From: an uncultured Chloroflexia bacterium
Lineage (GTDB): Bacteria > Chloroflexota > Chloroflexia > Thermomicrobiales > UBA6265
Assembly: GCA_963724295.1 (NCBI GenBank)
Contig: CAVRUC010000002.1
Span: forward strand, 64,001 to 128,000
Reading direction: 5' to 3'
DNA: 64,000 nucleotides
Shown here piece by piece: positions 9,476 to 21,426 of the stretch (position 1 is its first letter; the number at the start of each line of letters is the position of its first letter). Below the pieces are notes generated by a model. It made no database searches, was not told where the DNA came from, and worked only from the letters and a program-made list of their open reading frames with translations. A program made the position numbers and the translations under genes.

Positions 9476-11229
9476 CTATCGCTCCAACACCCCGTGTGCA
9501 GCCTGCGCCGTGGCCGGGGCGTAGAACGGATCGGCGCCGCCGTCGAAGACGCCGTCCAGGGTGAGCCGGATCGCCGTCGGTGAGGCGAACCCATCGGTGA
9601 AGAGACGCTCGTCGCGGACGCCGAGGCGGTGCCCCATGGCGCGAAGTGCCTTGACCGTCTCTGCCGGAAAGCGCCAGCTCAGGAGCAGGTCGGCGGTCGA
9701 GCAGTCGATACGCGGCGCGATGATCGCGGGTTGCGCCGCCAGCCGCCAGTCGGTCAGGTTGATCACCAGCTGCGCATTGCAGTTCATGATGCGCCGGCCG
9801 CCGCTGGCGCCGAGGGAGGCCCAGGGGCGACCGTCGCGTGCCAGGACCACCGGGGCCATGTTCGAGAGCGGCGTCTTGCCGCCGGCCACCGAGTTCGGAC
9901 GCCCCGGCTCGGGATCGAACCACATCATGCCGTTGTTGAGCAGTACCCCGGTTCCCGGCGCGGTCACCCGGCTCCCCCACAGCGAGAGGAGAGTCTGGGT
10001 GCAGGAGACCGCCATGCCGTCGCGATCCATCACGCTGAGATGGGTCGTGGAGCCATCCGCCATCTGGCCCGGAGCCGTGGCATTGGCGATGTAATCCGGG
10101 ATCGAGGACGCGAGACCGTGCCGGATGCCGGTTCGCTCCGCGGCCGCGGCCGGGATCGGCTCCAGACGGTCTTCCCGCAGGCCTCGCACTCGCTCCCGGG
10201 CGTACGCCTCGCTGGTGAGAACGTCGACCGGGATCTCGACCTGCGTCGCGTCGGCGAGCCAGGCGAAGCGATCGGCAAAGGCTGTCCGGAACGCCTGGGC
10301 CATGCGGTGCAGGGCGAGCGGGGTGTGATAGCCAAGGTTGCGCAGGTCGAGCTCGGCCAGGATGTTGAGGCTTTCGACCAGGGTGGTGCCGCCCGTCCCG
10401 CCGCCGATCGTGTGGACCTCGGACCCCCCATACGTCGTCGACAGCGCCGGAGCGATCTGCGCCTGGTACGCCGCGAAGTCCTCACGGGTGAAGGGAGCGC
10501 CGTTCGCGGCGAGATCGTCGGCGATGGTCTGCCCGAGTGATCCCTCGTACATCACCCGCGGGCCGTCGCTGGCGATCGTGCGCAGGGTGCGCGCCAGATC
10601 CTCCTGACGCAGCCAGCGGGGGCGCTCCTGCTCCCGGGTGACGGGCGGATTGCCGTCGCCGTCGAGAAAAATGGCCGCCGTGGCCGGAAACTGCTTCAGC
10701 GTGCCGAGCTCTCCGGCGATCATCAGCGTGGTGTGCCAGAAGACGGGGACTCCGTCCTCCGCCCAGCGGATCGCCGGCGCCAGCGCCTCGGCCAGCGAGA
10801 TCGTTCCCCAGCGCTCCAGAGCGAGCGCGAGCCCCGCGACCGTCCCCGGCACCGCGACCGAGCGATAGCCCCAGACATTGGCGCTGTCGACCACCGCCGG
10901 CCAGCCGAAGAGCTCCCGATCACTTCCGGCGCCGCTGAGCGGGAACATCTCCGCTCGCGCCCCCGCCGGAGCCATCATCGGGTAGTTGACGACGGCCGGG
11001 GCCTCGTCCGGCGCCTGGACGACCATGTACCCGCCGCCGCCGATGCCGTTCATCCATGGCTCGACCACGCCGGCGGTGAAGGCGGTGGTCACCGCGGCGT
11101 CGACCGCGTTCCCCCCCGACGCAGGACGTCCGCGCCGGCCGCGGCCGCCTGGGGCGTCTTGGCGGCGACCATGCCACCGCGTCCACGCGCTTCCAGCCGG
11201 CTGACCTGCCACTCCGTCTCAACTGGCAT
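9476..11229 (-). CDS. ggt: Gamma-glutamyltransferase family protein (one frameshift near 11115)
   Basis: GGMVAA...GGNAVDAA, STTHLSVMD nucleophile motif, LNNGM and PLSNMAP. Confidence 0.9.
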
Positions 11230-11313
11230 CGCTCGTCCCTCGCCCCATATCACCCGATTGTCGCTGGCCGATCATAGACGACCCGTGGCCCGCGCCAAAT
11301 TGAGAAAAGGGTA

Positions 11314-11342
11314 TTGACAACCGGGCACGGAGGGTGTACGTT
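11314..11342 (+). promoter_or_regulatory. sigma70-type promoter
   Basis: TTGACA-17 bp-TACGTT with TG at the end of the spacer. Confidence 0.7.
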
Positions 11343-11348
11343 CACTGT

Positions 11349-11446
11349 AGGCCAAACGCGGAGGGGAGCAATCCCTGAAGCGGGCGGCGCAGCAGACGCC
11401 GACGAGGCTCGCGCGCAAGCGCGGAACTTGTCGGCGTTTTGCTTTA
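11349..11446 (+). ncRNA. Candidate ~95-nt structured small RNA
   Basis: Follows the promoter; two GCAA-capped hairpins, the second ending in T residues; no credible downstream + strand CDS. Confidence 0.5.
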
Positions 11447-11668
11447 TGTCGGACGGTAATGTTTCCGCAATCCCGGTCGGTACCTGAGCTTTCCGGAAGA
11501 AGTGAGGGGCCTTTGCCCGGTGTATTTCCAATAACAGTGACTATCGGAAGAACAGGCGGGAGCCGTCGACGTCGGGGGTGGGCTCTGGGCTCGCTGCCGG
11601 ATGGGCGCGCCCCGCGCCCCAGAAAATGCGGTCACCAGCGCGGCCGAGGAGGCGGACTGTGGTTCCGA

Positions 11669-14600
11669 TTAATCAAGGGCTGAATTCGCGACCAGGACAC
11701 GCACCCTCTCGGCCGTCGCGGGCCTGGCGAACCAGAATCCTTGCGCCCGATCTCCGCCGAGCTCGCGCACGATGGCCGCCTGCTCGGCCGTCTCGATGCC
11801 CTCGACCGTGACGTGCATGCCGTAGGCGTGGGCCACGTCGGTGATCGCCCGCACGATCGCCCGCTCACCCGGGTCCGAGGCTAGGCGGAGTACGAACGAG
11901 CGGTCCACCTTCAGGGCGTGGGCGTTGAGCTCCCGGAAGTAACCGAGCGAGGAAGCCCCGGACCCGAAGTCGTCGATCGCTAGCTCCAGCCCGAGCGCGC
12001 GCAGGCCCCGCAGAGTCGCCGACGTCGCCCGCAGCTCGTCGACCAGCACCTGCTCCAACACCTCCAGCTGGAGGCGATCAGGCGCCAGCCCCGTGACGGC
12101 CAAGATTCGTGCCACTTGCTCGACGAACCCGGGCCCGCGCAGCTGCCGCGCCCCGACGTTGACGCTGACCACCGGCGCGTCGCTGGTGGCGGCATCAGCC
12201 CACTGTGCCGCCTCGCGGCAGGCCTGCTCCAGGACCCACGCCCCGATGGGCACGATCAGGCCCGTTTCCTCCGCGAGCGGCACGAAGGCCGCCGGCGGGA
12301 TCTGTCCGCGCTCCGGGTGATCCCAGCGTGCCAGCGCTTCGACGGCGACCACCTGCCCAGTCGCCAGGTCCACCACGGGCTGGTACGCCAACCCCAACTC
12401 CCCGGCCTCAAGCGCGCCCCGGAGATCCAGCTCCAGCTCGAAGCGCGCGAGCGCTTCGGCCGCCATCCCCGGATCGTAGACGACGGCCAGCCCGCCTCCA
12501 GCGTCCTTGGCGCGGTAGAGCGCGACATCCGCCGCCTTCAGCAGCTCTCCCGGTGTCACGCCGTGGGCTGGTCCAAGGGCGATGCCGATGCTGGCGCCGC
12601 CGGCGACCTCGCGCCCGGCGACGCCCATCGGCTCCGCCATTGTTGCCAGGATGCGATCGGCGGTCGCTGTTGCTTCCTCCACGTCCGCCTCCTCCAGCAG
12701 CACCGTGAACTCATCGCCGCCGAATCGGGCTATCGTTTCACCCCGGTCCAAGCAGGACACAAGCCGCTGGGCAACGGCGACCAATTGCTGGTCGCCAACC
12801 TCGTGGCCGAGGCTGTCGTTGACGATCTTGAATCCGTCCAGGTCAAGGAGCAGCAGGCCAACGCTTCGCCCGTCCGAGCGAGCCCGCCGCAAGGCGGCCT
12901 CGAGCAGGTCGGCGAAGCGGGCACGGTTGGGTAGTCCGGTCAGCGGGTCGTGGAAGGCCTGATGGGCCAGCCGGGCCTCCGCCTGCCTGCGCTCAGTGAC
13001 GTCGCGCGCGTTGACGACGATTCCGCCCACGCTCGGGTCGGCCAGGAGGTTGGTGAGCGTGGCCTCGACCCAGCGCCACGAGCCGTCTCGGTGACGGGCG
13101 CGGTAGTCGACGGCCGCCTGCGCCCTCGGTGTCTCCGCCACCTCGGCGAGGACGCGCTGGACCCGCGACGCGTCATCGGGGTGGAGGAGGGCAACGAACT
13201 CCTTGCCGATCAGCTCCTCGGGCCGGAAGCCAAGCACCCGCTCGACGGCTGGACTCACGTAGCGGCGCCTGCCGCCGGCATCGAGGACGGAGACGATGTC
13301 GGCGGCGTGCTGGACGAGCGAGCGGAAGCGGGCCTCGCTTGCGCTTAGCTCCGCGTAGAGCCGCGCCCGCCCGATGGCAACGTTGACGTGCTCGCTGAGC
13401 GCCAGCATCAACCGAAGGTCGGCCTCCCCCAGCCGTACCCCGCCCGTCGTCTCCAGGTTCAGCACGCCGACCACCCGCCCGTCGTCGCGCAATGGCACGC
13501 AGACCTCGGAGATGATGCCCTTGAAAGCCGCCAGGAAGTCCGGGTCGGCGCGTCCGTCCTCGATCAGCACCGGCGTCCCGGTCCGGGCGACCCGGCCCAT
13601 GACGCCGCGCTCCAGCGGGATGCGGTCGAGCACCTGGTGGTAGCCGACCTGGTGCTGCAGGTGGAGCCAGCCGTTCTCGACGAGGTAGAGGCTGACCATC
13701 GGATAGCCGAAGGTGGCGGTGATGGCCTCAACGACGGTGCGGAACAGGACCGGCAGCTCCAGCTCCCTTGCCAAGGCTGAGCGCACCCGGTCCAACAGCT
13801 CCAACTCCTGAGCCTGGCGTCGGGCGGCGGAAGCCAACTCGTATGCCCGCTGCTCGCTCGCCCGCAGCGCCTCCGCCGCTAACCTGCGCTCGGTAACGTC
13901 GCGGGAGTTGACCACGATACCCGCGACGCTCGGGTTGGCGAGCAGGTTGGTACCAGTCACCTCAAGCCAGCGCCACGAGCCAGACTTGTCGCGGAGGCGG
14001 AACTCGGCCGGGATGTTGACGCCAGGGCGGCGCAACGATTCCTCGAACAAACCCCGGACCGCAGCTACATCATCTGGGTGGATCAGGGCGAAGGGGTCGG
14101 TGCCGATCAGATCCTCGGGGGCATACCCGAGCACCCGCCGGACGGCCGGGCTCTCGTAGCAGATCATGCCGGCGGCATCGAGGATGGTAACGACGTCGGT
14201 TGCGTTCTGAACAAGCGCGCGGAAGCGCTCCTCGCTGGTGCGCAGCGCAGCCTCGGCCGCCTCCCGATCGGTGACGTCATAGCCGAACCCAAGGAGGCAC
14301 GCCTCCCCCTCCAGGTCGATCCGCTCCATGGAGAGCAGGACGTGTCGGAGCTCTCCGGTCTTGGTGCGGAACGTACCGTCGTGGTTCCGCACTCTGCCGT
14401 GAGTCCGCACCAGCCCCGCGACGTGCATCGGGTCGTCCCCGGGTGACCCCGACCAGAGGCCGACCTCGGACGGGGTGCGGCCGACCACCTCCTCCCGCGT
14501 GTACCCCGTCATCTCCAGGAAGCTGTCGTTGACGTCGCGGAAGCGGCCGTCGACCAGGGACCTGATAATGATCGCGACCGGGCTGGCGCGGAAGATCACC

Positions 14601-14677
14601 GCGAAGCGCTCCTGGCTCCGCCGTAGCTCTTCGTCCGGCTGCTCGACTGCCCTGAGGTTGGCGACCCGCTTGAGCAT
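11669..14677 (-). CDS. PAS-PAS-GAF-PAS-GGDEF-EAL c-di-GMP signalling protein
   Basis: Repeated PAS motifs, [27 protein letters not shown] and IDDFGSG. Confidence 0.95.
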   Translation of the reverse strand: MLKRVANLRAVEQPDEELRRSQERFAVIFRASPVAIIIRSLVDGRFRDVNDSFLEMTGYTREEVVGRTPSEVGLWSGSPGDDPMHVAGLVRTHGRVRNHDGTFRTKTGELRHVLLSMERIDLEGEACLLGFGYDVTDREAAEAALRTSEERFRALVQNATDVVTILDAAGMICYESPAVRRVLGYAPEDLIGTDPFALIHPDDVAAVRGLFEESLRRPGVNIPAEFRLRDKSGSWRWLEVTGTNLLANPSVAGIVVNSRDVTERRLAAEALRASEQRAYELASAARRQAQELELLDRVRSALARELELPVLFRTVVEAITATFGYPMVSLYLVENGWLHLQHQVGYHQVLDRIPLERGVMGRVARTGTPVLIEDGRADPDFLAAFKGIISEVCVPLRDDGRVVGVLNLETTGGVRLGEADLRLMLALSEHVNVAIGRARLYAELSASEARFRSLVQHAADIVSVLDAGGRRRYVSPAVERVLGFRPEELIGKEFVALLHPDDASRVQRVLAEVAETPRAQAAVDYRARHRDGSWRWVEATLTNLLADPSVGGIVVNARDVTERRQAEARLAHQAFHDPLTGLPNRARFADLLEAALRRARSDGRSVGLLLLDLDGFKIVNDSLGHEVGDQQLVAVAQRLVSCLDRGETIARFGGDEFTVLLEEADVEEATATADRILATMAEPMGVAGREVAGGASIGIALGPAHGVTPGELLKAADVALYRAKDAGGGLAVVYDPGMAAEALARFELELDLRGALEAGELGLAYQPVVDLATGQVVAVEALARWDHPERGQIPPAAFVPLAEETGLIVPIGAWVLEQACREAAQWADAATSDAPVVSVNVGARQLRGPGFVEQVARILAVTGLAPDRLQLEVLEQVLVDELRATSATLRGLRALGLELAIDDFGSGASSLGYFRELNAHALKVDRSFVLRLASDPGERAIVRAITDVAHAYGMHVTVEGIETAEQAAIVRELGGDRAQGFWFARPATAERVRVLVANSALD

Positions 14678-15222
14678 TGCTACCTCGTCCGATACCCGGC
14701 GTCTCGGGTCGAGTTACCCAGCCACGGCTCCGGTCTGGGCGGTCATCGCGGGCGGATCACGAGGCACGCACTAGGCCTCACGGCTCGTTGACCCTCCGAA
14801 CGATCCGCACAACTGGCTGCGCCGCCCCTGGGTGGTCGGGACATGTGGGGAGCAAAATGCAGGATGCGGACCCAATGCAAGTGCTGGCCCCGCGCGAAGA
14901 CTTGCCGCGCACCAACACGTGTCGTGAGGGCCCAGGACGAAGTGCGGAACGAAAAGCGTACCACCGGCATTAATGTTCTGTCTCGTCGGGTGCCAGTTGC
15001 TACTCTCGCTTCAATTAGGGAAGAGCGAAGCGCGCAAGCAAAGTCCAAGGCGTGCAAGAGCGGCGCGAGATATAGCCCCTCATTCGTTACTTGGTGGTCG
15101 ACAGCGGGTTCATACTACAACGTTGCGCGTTCTCTCATTCGCCACGGAATACGCAATCACAACAACTAGCAAATTGGTTCCTAATTGACTTCTACAACCA
15201 GAAACGGGTCACGGACCACCGG

Positions 15223-15432
15223 CTATTCTGAAGGACCGGATGTCGCGTCGGGATTGAGCGAATCAGGTATTGGTTCGACGAAGAAATTCTCGAGATCGTC
15301 CTCGTCGAGCACCTCGTCGACGTCGACTGTACCGTCGAGGGTATTCCAGGTAGAGTGCCGGTCGGGATCGCGTTCGATGGTGTCCCTGGTGTCCGTAGGA
15401 TCGGTCGCGTGCGGGCTGTTCGGGTCGGTCAT
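15223..15432 (-). CDS. Small acidic hypothetical protein (69 aa)
   Basis: AGGAGG RBS before ATG at 15432; MTDPNSPHATD... Confidence 0.55.
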   Translation of the reverse strand: MTDPNSPHATDPTDTRDTIERDPDRHSTWNTLDGTVDVDEVLDEDDLENFFVEPIPDSLNPDATSGPSE

Positions 15433-15528
15433 CGTATCCTCCTCTACCGCGACACTTGCAGAATCGATGCCGAGACGGCGGTGAGATGATGCCTTGCAGA
15501 CGTGGGTCTCATCGCGGAGGTGGCGATC

Positions 15529-15948
15529 ATGGATTCCATCGATGGCGCCCGGGCAACGCCGGAGCAGATGCAGCGCCAGCACATCTTCGTCGTCAACGGC
15601 TCGGCTGACTTCCTGGATGTGGTGCGAGAGCTACTCCAGGACGAGCAGTACAACGTCACCACGACCAACTTCGTGCCGCAAACATTCAAGCAGATCGAGA
15701 CCGCCCGGCCGTCGTTGCTGATCGTCGATCTGATCCATGGGGAGATGGCCGGCTGGGATCTCCTGGCTGAGCTGCGACACGAGGCTGCCACCCGGGAGAT
15801 TCCCGTGATCCTGGTCTCGACCTCGGAGCAGCTCCTGGAGAAGGCCGAAACCGAGCAGGTGATCTGGGGTGGCGACCGCTACTTCCTCAAGCCGTTCAGT
15901 CTCGATGCTCTGCTGCAGGCTATCCAGGAGCTTGTCGGCCCGGCCTGA
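15529..15948 (+). CDS. Stand-alone response regulator receiver protein
   Basis: PSLLIVDL, TREIPVILVST and FLKPFSLD; GGAGG RBS. Confidence 0.85.
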   Translation: MDSIDGARATPEQMQRQHIFVVNGSADFLDVVRELLQDEQYNVTTTNFVPQTFKQIETARPSLLIVDLIHGEMAGWDLLAELRHEAATREIPVILVSTSEQLLEKAETEQVIWGGDRYFLKPFSLDALLQAIQELVGPA

Positions 15949-16046
15949 ATCCGCAACAAACCACAGGTTGTCCACGGCGATCAGGGTTCCAGTCCTGTTA
16001 GAGTGACGGCGCGAGCTCGCGCATGCGCAATGCTGGGAGCAGTCGG

Positions 16047-16957
16047 ATGGCGGATGGACCAGATCCTGCGCCGGAGTCGTGGCGCATCGTGGTCTTCACG
16101 AATATTCCCGGCGGAGAGATTTACTCGCTGGTGAATCAGGTCGTGCGTCCCCTCGGCCACCGCGTCGTCGGCGTCGTCACCTCACCGGGACCGAAGCGAC
16201 GGCGCAGCTCGACCTACCTGGAGGTCGTTGCGGCCGTCCCGCCCGGGGTCGACGTCATCGTCTCCAACCATCCGGAGCGGTGGGCGGCGATGCTGGCTCC
16301 GCTACGGCCTGACCTGATCATCAGCGGTGGCTTCCCCTGGCGCATCCCGCCCGATGTCGTGGCGCTGCCGCGTCTCGGTGCGATCAATTTCCATGATGCC
16401 TTGCTCCCACGGCACCGTGGGCCAAACGCGACCGGATGGGCCTTCCGCCTCGGTGACACGGAGATAGGGCTGACCATTCACCGCCTCGCTCCAGATTTTG
16501 ACAGCGGCCCGATTCTGGCCCAGGCGCGCATCCCGATTACCGACGACGACGACCTGTCCACGCTTTGGACAAAGTCGGCGGACTTCGAGGTGGGCTTACT
16601 GCAGCGGGCGTTGGAGCGCGTGGCGCGAGGCGATCCCGGGGATCCCCAGGACGAGAGCCAGGCGACTGAGGCCGGGTTGTTCGAGGACGCCTGGCGCGTC
16701 ATCGACTGGAGTCAGCCGGCACGGACCATTCACAACCAGGTGCGCAGTTGGATCGGGTTGCGAGATATCCCTGCTGGGGGCGCTCGGCGAGATCGACGGC
16801 GAGACGTTGCAGATTACGAAGACCCGCCTGGTTCCGGCTGAGCCGACGCAGCAGGCGCAAGTGCCGCCCGGCACGGTCGTGCGGCGGGACGGCGAGACGT
16901 CTGATCGTGCAATGTGGCGACGGGCCGATCGAGATTCTCACGTGGTCGCCGACATGA
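16047..16957 (+). CDS. Methionyl-tRNA formyltransferase-like protein (frameshifts near the 3' end)
   Basis: GAINFHDALLPRHRGPNA, FDSGPIL, IDWSQPARTIHNQVR; the C-terminal LIVQCGDGPI is in another frame. Confidence 0.8.
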
Positions 16958-17201
16958 CGGCGGGCCAAAAGGGTCAGGCCGTCGGGCGGACATGAGCCCG
17001 GTCGAGCGTATGGAACCAGGCTGAAATCATTGCCGTCTACATACACATTTGCCGCCATGCTGGTCGAGGCTGACTTCCCGGGTATGCGCACGAGGTTGTC
17101 GGACGGCATTGCTCGTTTGACGGCGACACGGGGGGTGCGTAGGATGCCGCGCAGAGACGGCGGGTTGATCCGCCGTCCGTCGACGAGCGAGGGGGCGCCC
17201 A

Positions 17202-19220
17202 GTGACTCACGACCCAGGCCCCCGCGACCCGCATTTCGCGGCCGAGGCCCTTGCGCTGCACATTGCCGAAGCAATGATCACGTCCGACCGGGAGGCCAGC
17301 TTCAGCGAGGAGCCGTTGGCCTGCCCGTCGTGTGGGGTCGAGCTGACCGGCACCGACGCCTTCGAAACCTACCGCGTCTGCCCCGGTTGCCATCGCCACT
17401 TTCCCATCCCGGGCCGCGAGCGGCTGCGGCTGCTGGTCGATGAGGAGAGCTTCCGGGAGACCAACGCCGCCCTCGTCTCGCTCGACCCGCTCGTCTTCCG
17501 CGACCTGCTGCCGGTACCCGATCGCCTCGCGCAGGCGGCGGAACGGTTCGGCGGTCCCAGCGGTGGTGTCAACGAGGCGGTGCTCACCGGCACGGCCGCG
17601 ATCGGGGGACGTGAGGCGGTAGTCGTCGTCCTCGACCATGCCTTCCTCGGCGCCAGCATCGGACCGGTTGCGGGTGAAAAGATTCTCCTCGCCATGGAAA
17701 CCGCCGCGGCCCGCCGTCTCCCCCTCATCGCCCTCTGCACCGCCGGCGGCGCGCGCACCCAGGAGGGGTTGCTGGGGCTGATTCAGGCGCCCAAGATCGC
17801 CGCCGCGGCGGCGCGTCTCCACCGCGCCGGGGTGCCGTTCGTCAGCGTGCTGGCGCACCCGGCGACGGGAGCGGCCTGGGCGGCGCTGGCGAACCAGGCG
17901 GACATCATCCTGGCCGAGCCCGGAGCCAGGATCGGACCCGGTGGCCGGTACCCGGGCGGGGAGACCGCCGGAACGGCGGAAGAGCTGCTGGCGCGCGGCA
18001 TGCTCGACGGTATCGTCGACCGTACCTGCTTGCGTGAAACGCTGGCGGTTCTCGTGGCGCTCTTCGCCGACCGGGGTGAGTACCGGCCGGCGACACCCGG
18101 TGGCACTCCCATCTCGTCCACGTTCTCCGCTGGGGAACCGATCGCGGCGCGGCGCCGGGTTGCCGGATGGCAGGAAGCCGGGCTCGCGCGTCATGCCGAG
18201 CGGCCGCGCGCCCGCGATTACCTCGCCCGGCTCGTCACCGAGTGGATCGAGCTGCACGGCGACCGCGCCGGGGACGACGATGCCTCGATGATCGCCGGCC
18301 TGGGTCGCATCGGCGGCATCCCGGCGGCGTTCATCGCCGGCGAGCGTGGTCAACCAGCGGGCGCGGGTGCGTTCCGCAAGGCGGAGCGGGTGCTGCGTCT
18401 GGCCGGTCACCTCGAGCTGCCAGTCATCACCCTCGTCGATACACCGGGACTCGATTCCAGTCCTGGCAACGATCCCGCGCAGACGGCCGCGGCGCTGGCG
18501 GGAGTAATTGGACTCACGAGTCTGCTGCCGGTGCCGATCGTCTCGGTCGTCATCGGCGAGGCCGCCGGGACTGCCGGTATGGCCCTTGGCATCGGGGATC
18601 GCATCCTGATGCAGGAACATGCCGTCTACACCGTCGGCGGCGCGGAAGGGACCGATCGCCGCGCGGCGGAGCCGCTGGCGGCCTCGCGTACGCTGACAGC
18701 TGCCGAATGCCGGCGTCTCGGGGTCGCCGACGGGATCATCCCGGAGCCCAGCCCGGCGGCCCACGCCGATCCGGAAGCCGCCTCCCGCGCGCTGGGTGCG
18801 GCGATCGCGGCGGCGCTGGCCGATCTGGCGGGTGTCGGACCGCGGCGACTCCTGGATGATCGCGCCACCAAGCTGCGCACCCTCGGCCAGACCACGCCGG
18901 AGGGCCGGGAGGCCGCCCGGCGCGAGATTCGCGAGCTGCAGGAGCTGCAGCGCACTCTGGCTCGCTCGCTTGGCGATTTGCGCGAGCGGCTCGAGGAACA
19001 CGGGCTGCCCAGGAATCTCCATCTGCCGCACCTGCCAGCCCCCATGCGCAGCCGGGTCCACATCGACACCTCGGGGTTGCCAACCGTCGAGTGGGCGCGC
19101 GCAGAGCTGGCCGATCGCGCGGGCCGCCTCTCCGCCTGGCGGCGCCATGTCGAGCCATCGGAGGAGAAACCGGATCTGGCGCCGGTCACGCCCGGAGACC
19201 GGCGAAACGAGGGCTTGTGA
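17202..19220 (+). CDS. Fused acetyl-CoA carboxylase carboxyltransferase beta/alpha (AccD-AccA)
   Basis: CPSC..CPGC zinc finger and GGARTQEG (AccD); RPRARDY, ELHGDR and LVDTPG (AccA) in one ORF. Confidence 0.85.
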   Translation: MTHDPGPRDPHFAAEALALHIAEAMITSDREASFSEEPLACPSCGVELTGTDAFETYRVCPGCHRHFPIPGRERLRLLVDEESFRETNAALVSLDPLVFRDLLPVPDRLAQAAERFGGPSGGVNEAVLTGTAAIGGREAVVVVLDHAFLGASIGPVAGEKILLAMETAAARRLPLIALCTAGGARTQEGLLGLIQAPKIAAAAARLHRAGVPFVSVLAHPATGAAWAALANQADIILAEPGARIGPGGRYPGGETAGTAEELLARGMLDGIVDRTCLRETLAVLVALFADRGEYRPATPGGTPISSTFSAGEPIAARRRVAGWQEAGLARHAERPRARDYLARLVTEWIELHGDRAGDDDASMIAGLGRIGGIPAAFIAGERGQPAGAGAFRKAERVLRLAGHLELPVITLVDTPGLDSSPGNDPAQTAAALAGVIGLTSLLPVPIVSVVIGEAAGTAGMALGIGDRILMQEHAVYTVGGAEGTDRRAAEPLAASRTLTAAECRRLGVADGIIPEPSPAAHADPEAASRALGAAIAAALADLAGVGPRRLLDDRATKLRTLGQTTPEGREAARREIRELQELQRTLARSLGDLRERLEEHGLPRNLHLPHLPAPMRSRVHIDTSGLPTVEWARAELADRAGRLSAWRRHVEPSEEKPDLAPVTPGDRRNEGL

Positions 19221-19439
19221 TGTCGCTTCCCGGTCTGAATGGCACGTCGCTACCCTATCGAGCGGCGGTCCAGTTTGAACCGACGTTGTTCGGCAACTCC
19301 ATCTGAACCCGCAGGCGAACTTGCAGAATGTCGGTTCCCACGAACCACCCCGACCCACGGCGAGATTCTTCGTGCAACCGCGGTTCCTCGGAATGATGCT
19401 CCCGAAGTCCTCTGGCTGAATATGTGAGAAGGAGAGCCG

Positions 19440-20558
19440 GTGTCGCGCGTCACGCTGGTGCAAGTCGGGATGGGAACGGTCGGCGGCGAGCTGATCGAGC
19501 AAGCGATTGCTAACCGCGACCGCTGGTGGGACGCTCACGGGCTCGATGTCCGGATCGGCGCCGTAATCGGACTCGGTGGCGCGCTGGTGACGCCGGAGCC
19601 GGACGGTCTTGACGACGACCTGCTGCACGGGCTGGTGCACTCCCGGCGCGCCGGGCAGGCCCTGCGCGAGGCCGCGGCGGGGCGCGAGCTGGTCGAGGCG
19701 CCGGAAGCGATCGCGATGCTCGTCAATCAGGGCCCGGTGATCGTCATGGATGCCGCCGCCGGTGACGAGACCGCCCCCCTCGATGCCCGCGCCCTCGCCT
19801 CGGGCGCGGGGGTGGTCCTTTCCAATAAGGCTCCGCTGGCATTGCCGCTGCAGAACCCGCTCGCGGCCGAGCTGTGGGCTACGGCAGGACCACGCGGTCA
19901 TCTCCGCTACGAGGCGACGTGCGGCGCGGGACTGCCGGTGATCTCTACCCTGCGCTCCATCCTCGACACCGGCGATGAGCCGATCGAGATCGTCGGCGCG
20001 CTCTCCGGCACCCTCGGCGCGATCTTCACCGACCTCGGTAACCGGGTCAGCTTTTCCCAGGCTGTGCGGTCGGCGAAGGCGAACGGCTTCACCGAGCCCG
20101 ATCCCCGCGACGATCTGAGCGGACTCGACGTGGCGCGCAAAGCGCTCATCCTGGCGCGAACGATCGGCCGGCGGGTGAATCTCGACGAGATCGCTGTCGA
20201 GAATCTCGTGCCGGAGGCACTACAAACAGTTGGGGTGCCCGGGTTCATGGATCGGCTGGGAGAGCTGGATACGGAATGGACGCGGCGCGCGGAAGCGGCG
20301 CGGGCCTCCGGGTCGACGCTGAAATACGTCGCCACGGTCCCCACCGAGGGGCCGATCGCCGTGGGCGTGCGCGAGGTGCCGACGAGCAGCCTGCTCGGCT
20401 CGCTGCAAGGTCCGGAAAACGTGGTCGTCATCCGCACCGCTCGCTACGACGCAAACCCGCTCACCATCGTCGGTCCCGGCGCCGGCGCGGCCGTCACCGC
20501 CGCCGGCATGACGAGCGACATGCTGGCGCTGGGCGCGTTGCTGACGCGCCGGGGGTGA
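19440..20558 (+). CDS. hom: Homoserine dehydrogenase
   Basis: GMGTVG, YEATCGAGLP, GFTEPDPRDDLSGLDVARK and GPGAGAAVTA. Confidence 0.9.
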   Translation: MSRVTLVQVGMGTVGGELIEQAIANRDRWWDAHGLDVRIGAVIGLGGALVTPEPDGLDDDLLHGLVHSRRAGQALREAAAGRELVEAPEAIAMLVNQGPVIVMDAAAGDETAPLDARALASGAGVVLSNKAPLALPLQNPLAAELWATAGPRGHLRYEATCGAGLPVISTLRSILDTGDEPIEIVGALSGTLGAIFTDLGNRVSFSQAVRSAKANGFTEPDPRDDLSGLDVARKALILARTIGRRVNLDEIAVENLVPEALQTVGVPGFMDRLGELDTEWTRRAEAARASGSTLKYVATVPTEGPIAVGVREVPTSSLLGSLQGPENVVVIRTARYDANPLTIVGPGAGAAVTAAGMTSDMLALGALLTRRG

Positions 20559-20559
20559 G

Positions 20560-20662
20560 ACGAGGGTGACGGGACACAGGGTGGCGGGGTGGCAGGGTGG
20601 CAAGGAGAACGATTCCCCGCCACCCTGCCACCACGAGCGCAGCGAGTCATCACCCGACACCC
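20560..20662. repeat. GGGTGGCA / TGCCACCC octamer palindromic element between convergent genes
   Basis: Tandem gggtggcg/gggtggca units, inverted cgccaccc/tgccacc units and a gagcgcagcga module. Confidence 0.8.
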
Positions 20663-21278
20663 AATATCCCCCGTCGTACTCCATATCGCGAGCGGTGCGG
20701 CTGGCGACCTCGTCGCCGTGCAGCCGGCGGACGACGTGGAGCGCCATGTCGATGCCGGCGGAGACCCCGGCCGAGGTGATGATCTCGCCTTCGTCGACGA
20801 CGCGCGCGTCGCTCAGGACATCGGTCGTCGGCAGCTCGTGCGCAGTCCGTCGATCGTCGTCCAGTGCGTCGTAGCGCGCAGACCGTCCAGCAGCCCGGCT
20901 GCTCCCAGCAGGAAGGCCCCGGTGCAGACACTCGTCGTCAAGGCGCCGGTGCGGCGCTGCCGCGCGATCCAGTCGAGGACGACCGGGTTCTCTTGCTCGC
21001 GGCGGGTGCCATAGCCGCCAGGAACGACCACCAGGTCGAGCGGCGGATGATCTTCGAGCGTGTGATTCGGCTGCACGAGGAGACCGCCACGACAGGCGAC
21101 GACCTGTGGCCGCTCTGCCACCGTGAAGACTTCGAAGAGCCGCGTCTCGGGACCACCATCGGTTTCCGCCGGCAATGTGGCGCTGGCGAAGACCTCGAAT
21201 GGCCCACAGAAATCGAGAATCTCCACATCCGGAAAGATCAGGATGCCGACATTCCGCGGTTGCGCGGATCTGGGGCAT
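20650..21278 (-). CDS. DJ-1/PfpI family protein (frameshifted; ends approximate)
   Basis: VEILDFCGPFEVF, VVPGGYG, SVCTGAFLL, ATTHW, then TSAGVSAGIDMAL in another frame. Confidence 0.85.
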
Positions 21279-21426
21279 GTCACGACATCCTCTCGTTTCA
21301 CGAGCGCGCATGCAGCGCTTGACTTCGGTAGAGTAGATGAGCTCGCAACTGGCCAGGATTAGGCAGCCGGGGTGCCGTTTGGCTCTCGCACGTCATCGTG
21401 ACGTCATAGATCGGAAGGAGACCGCG

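Noticed and set aside
14680..15220. Lower-GC intergenic region upstream of the GGDEF/EAL gene as an ncRNA or riboswitch
   Set aside because: No convincing structure or consensus motif found by eye.
17020..17058. MAANVYVDGN resembling a NYN-domain N-terminus on the minus strand
   Set aside because: Only about 10 residues of similarity; cannot be distinguished from chance.
17037..19901. 954-aa minus-strand ORF and other long antisense ORFs (e.g. 30637-32571, 22946-24697, 56340-57902)
   Set aside because: Shadow ORFs opposite recognisable genes, expected at high GC; no motifs.
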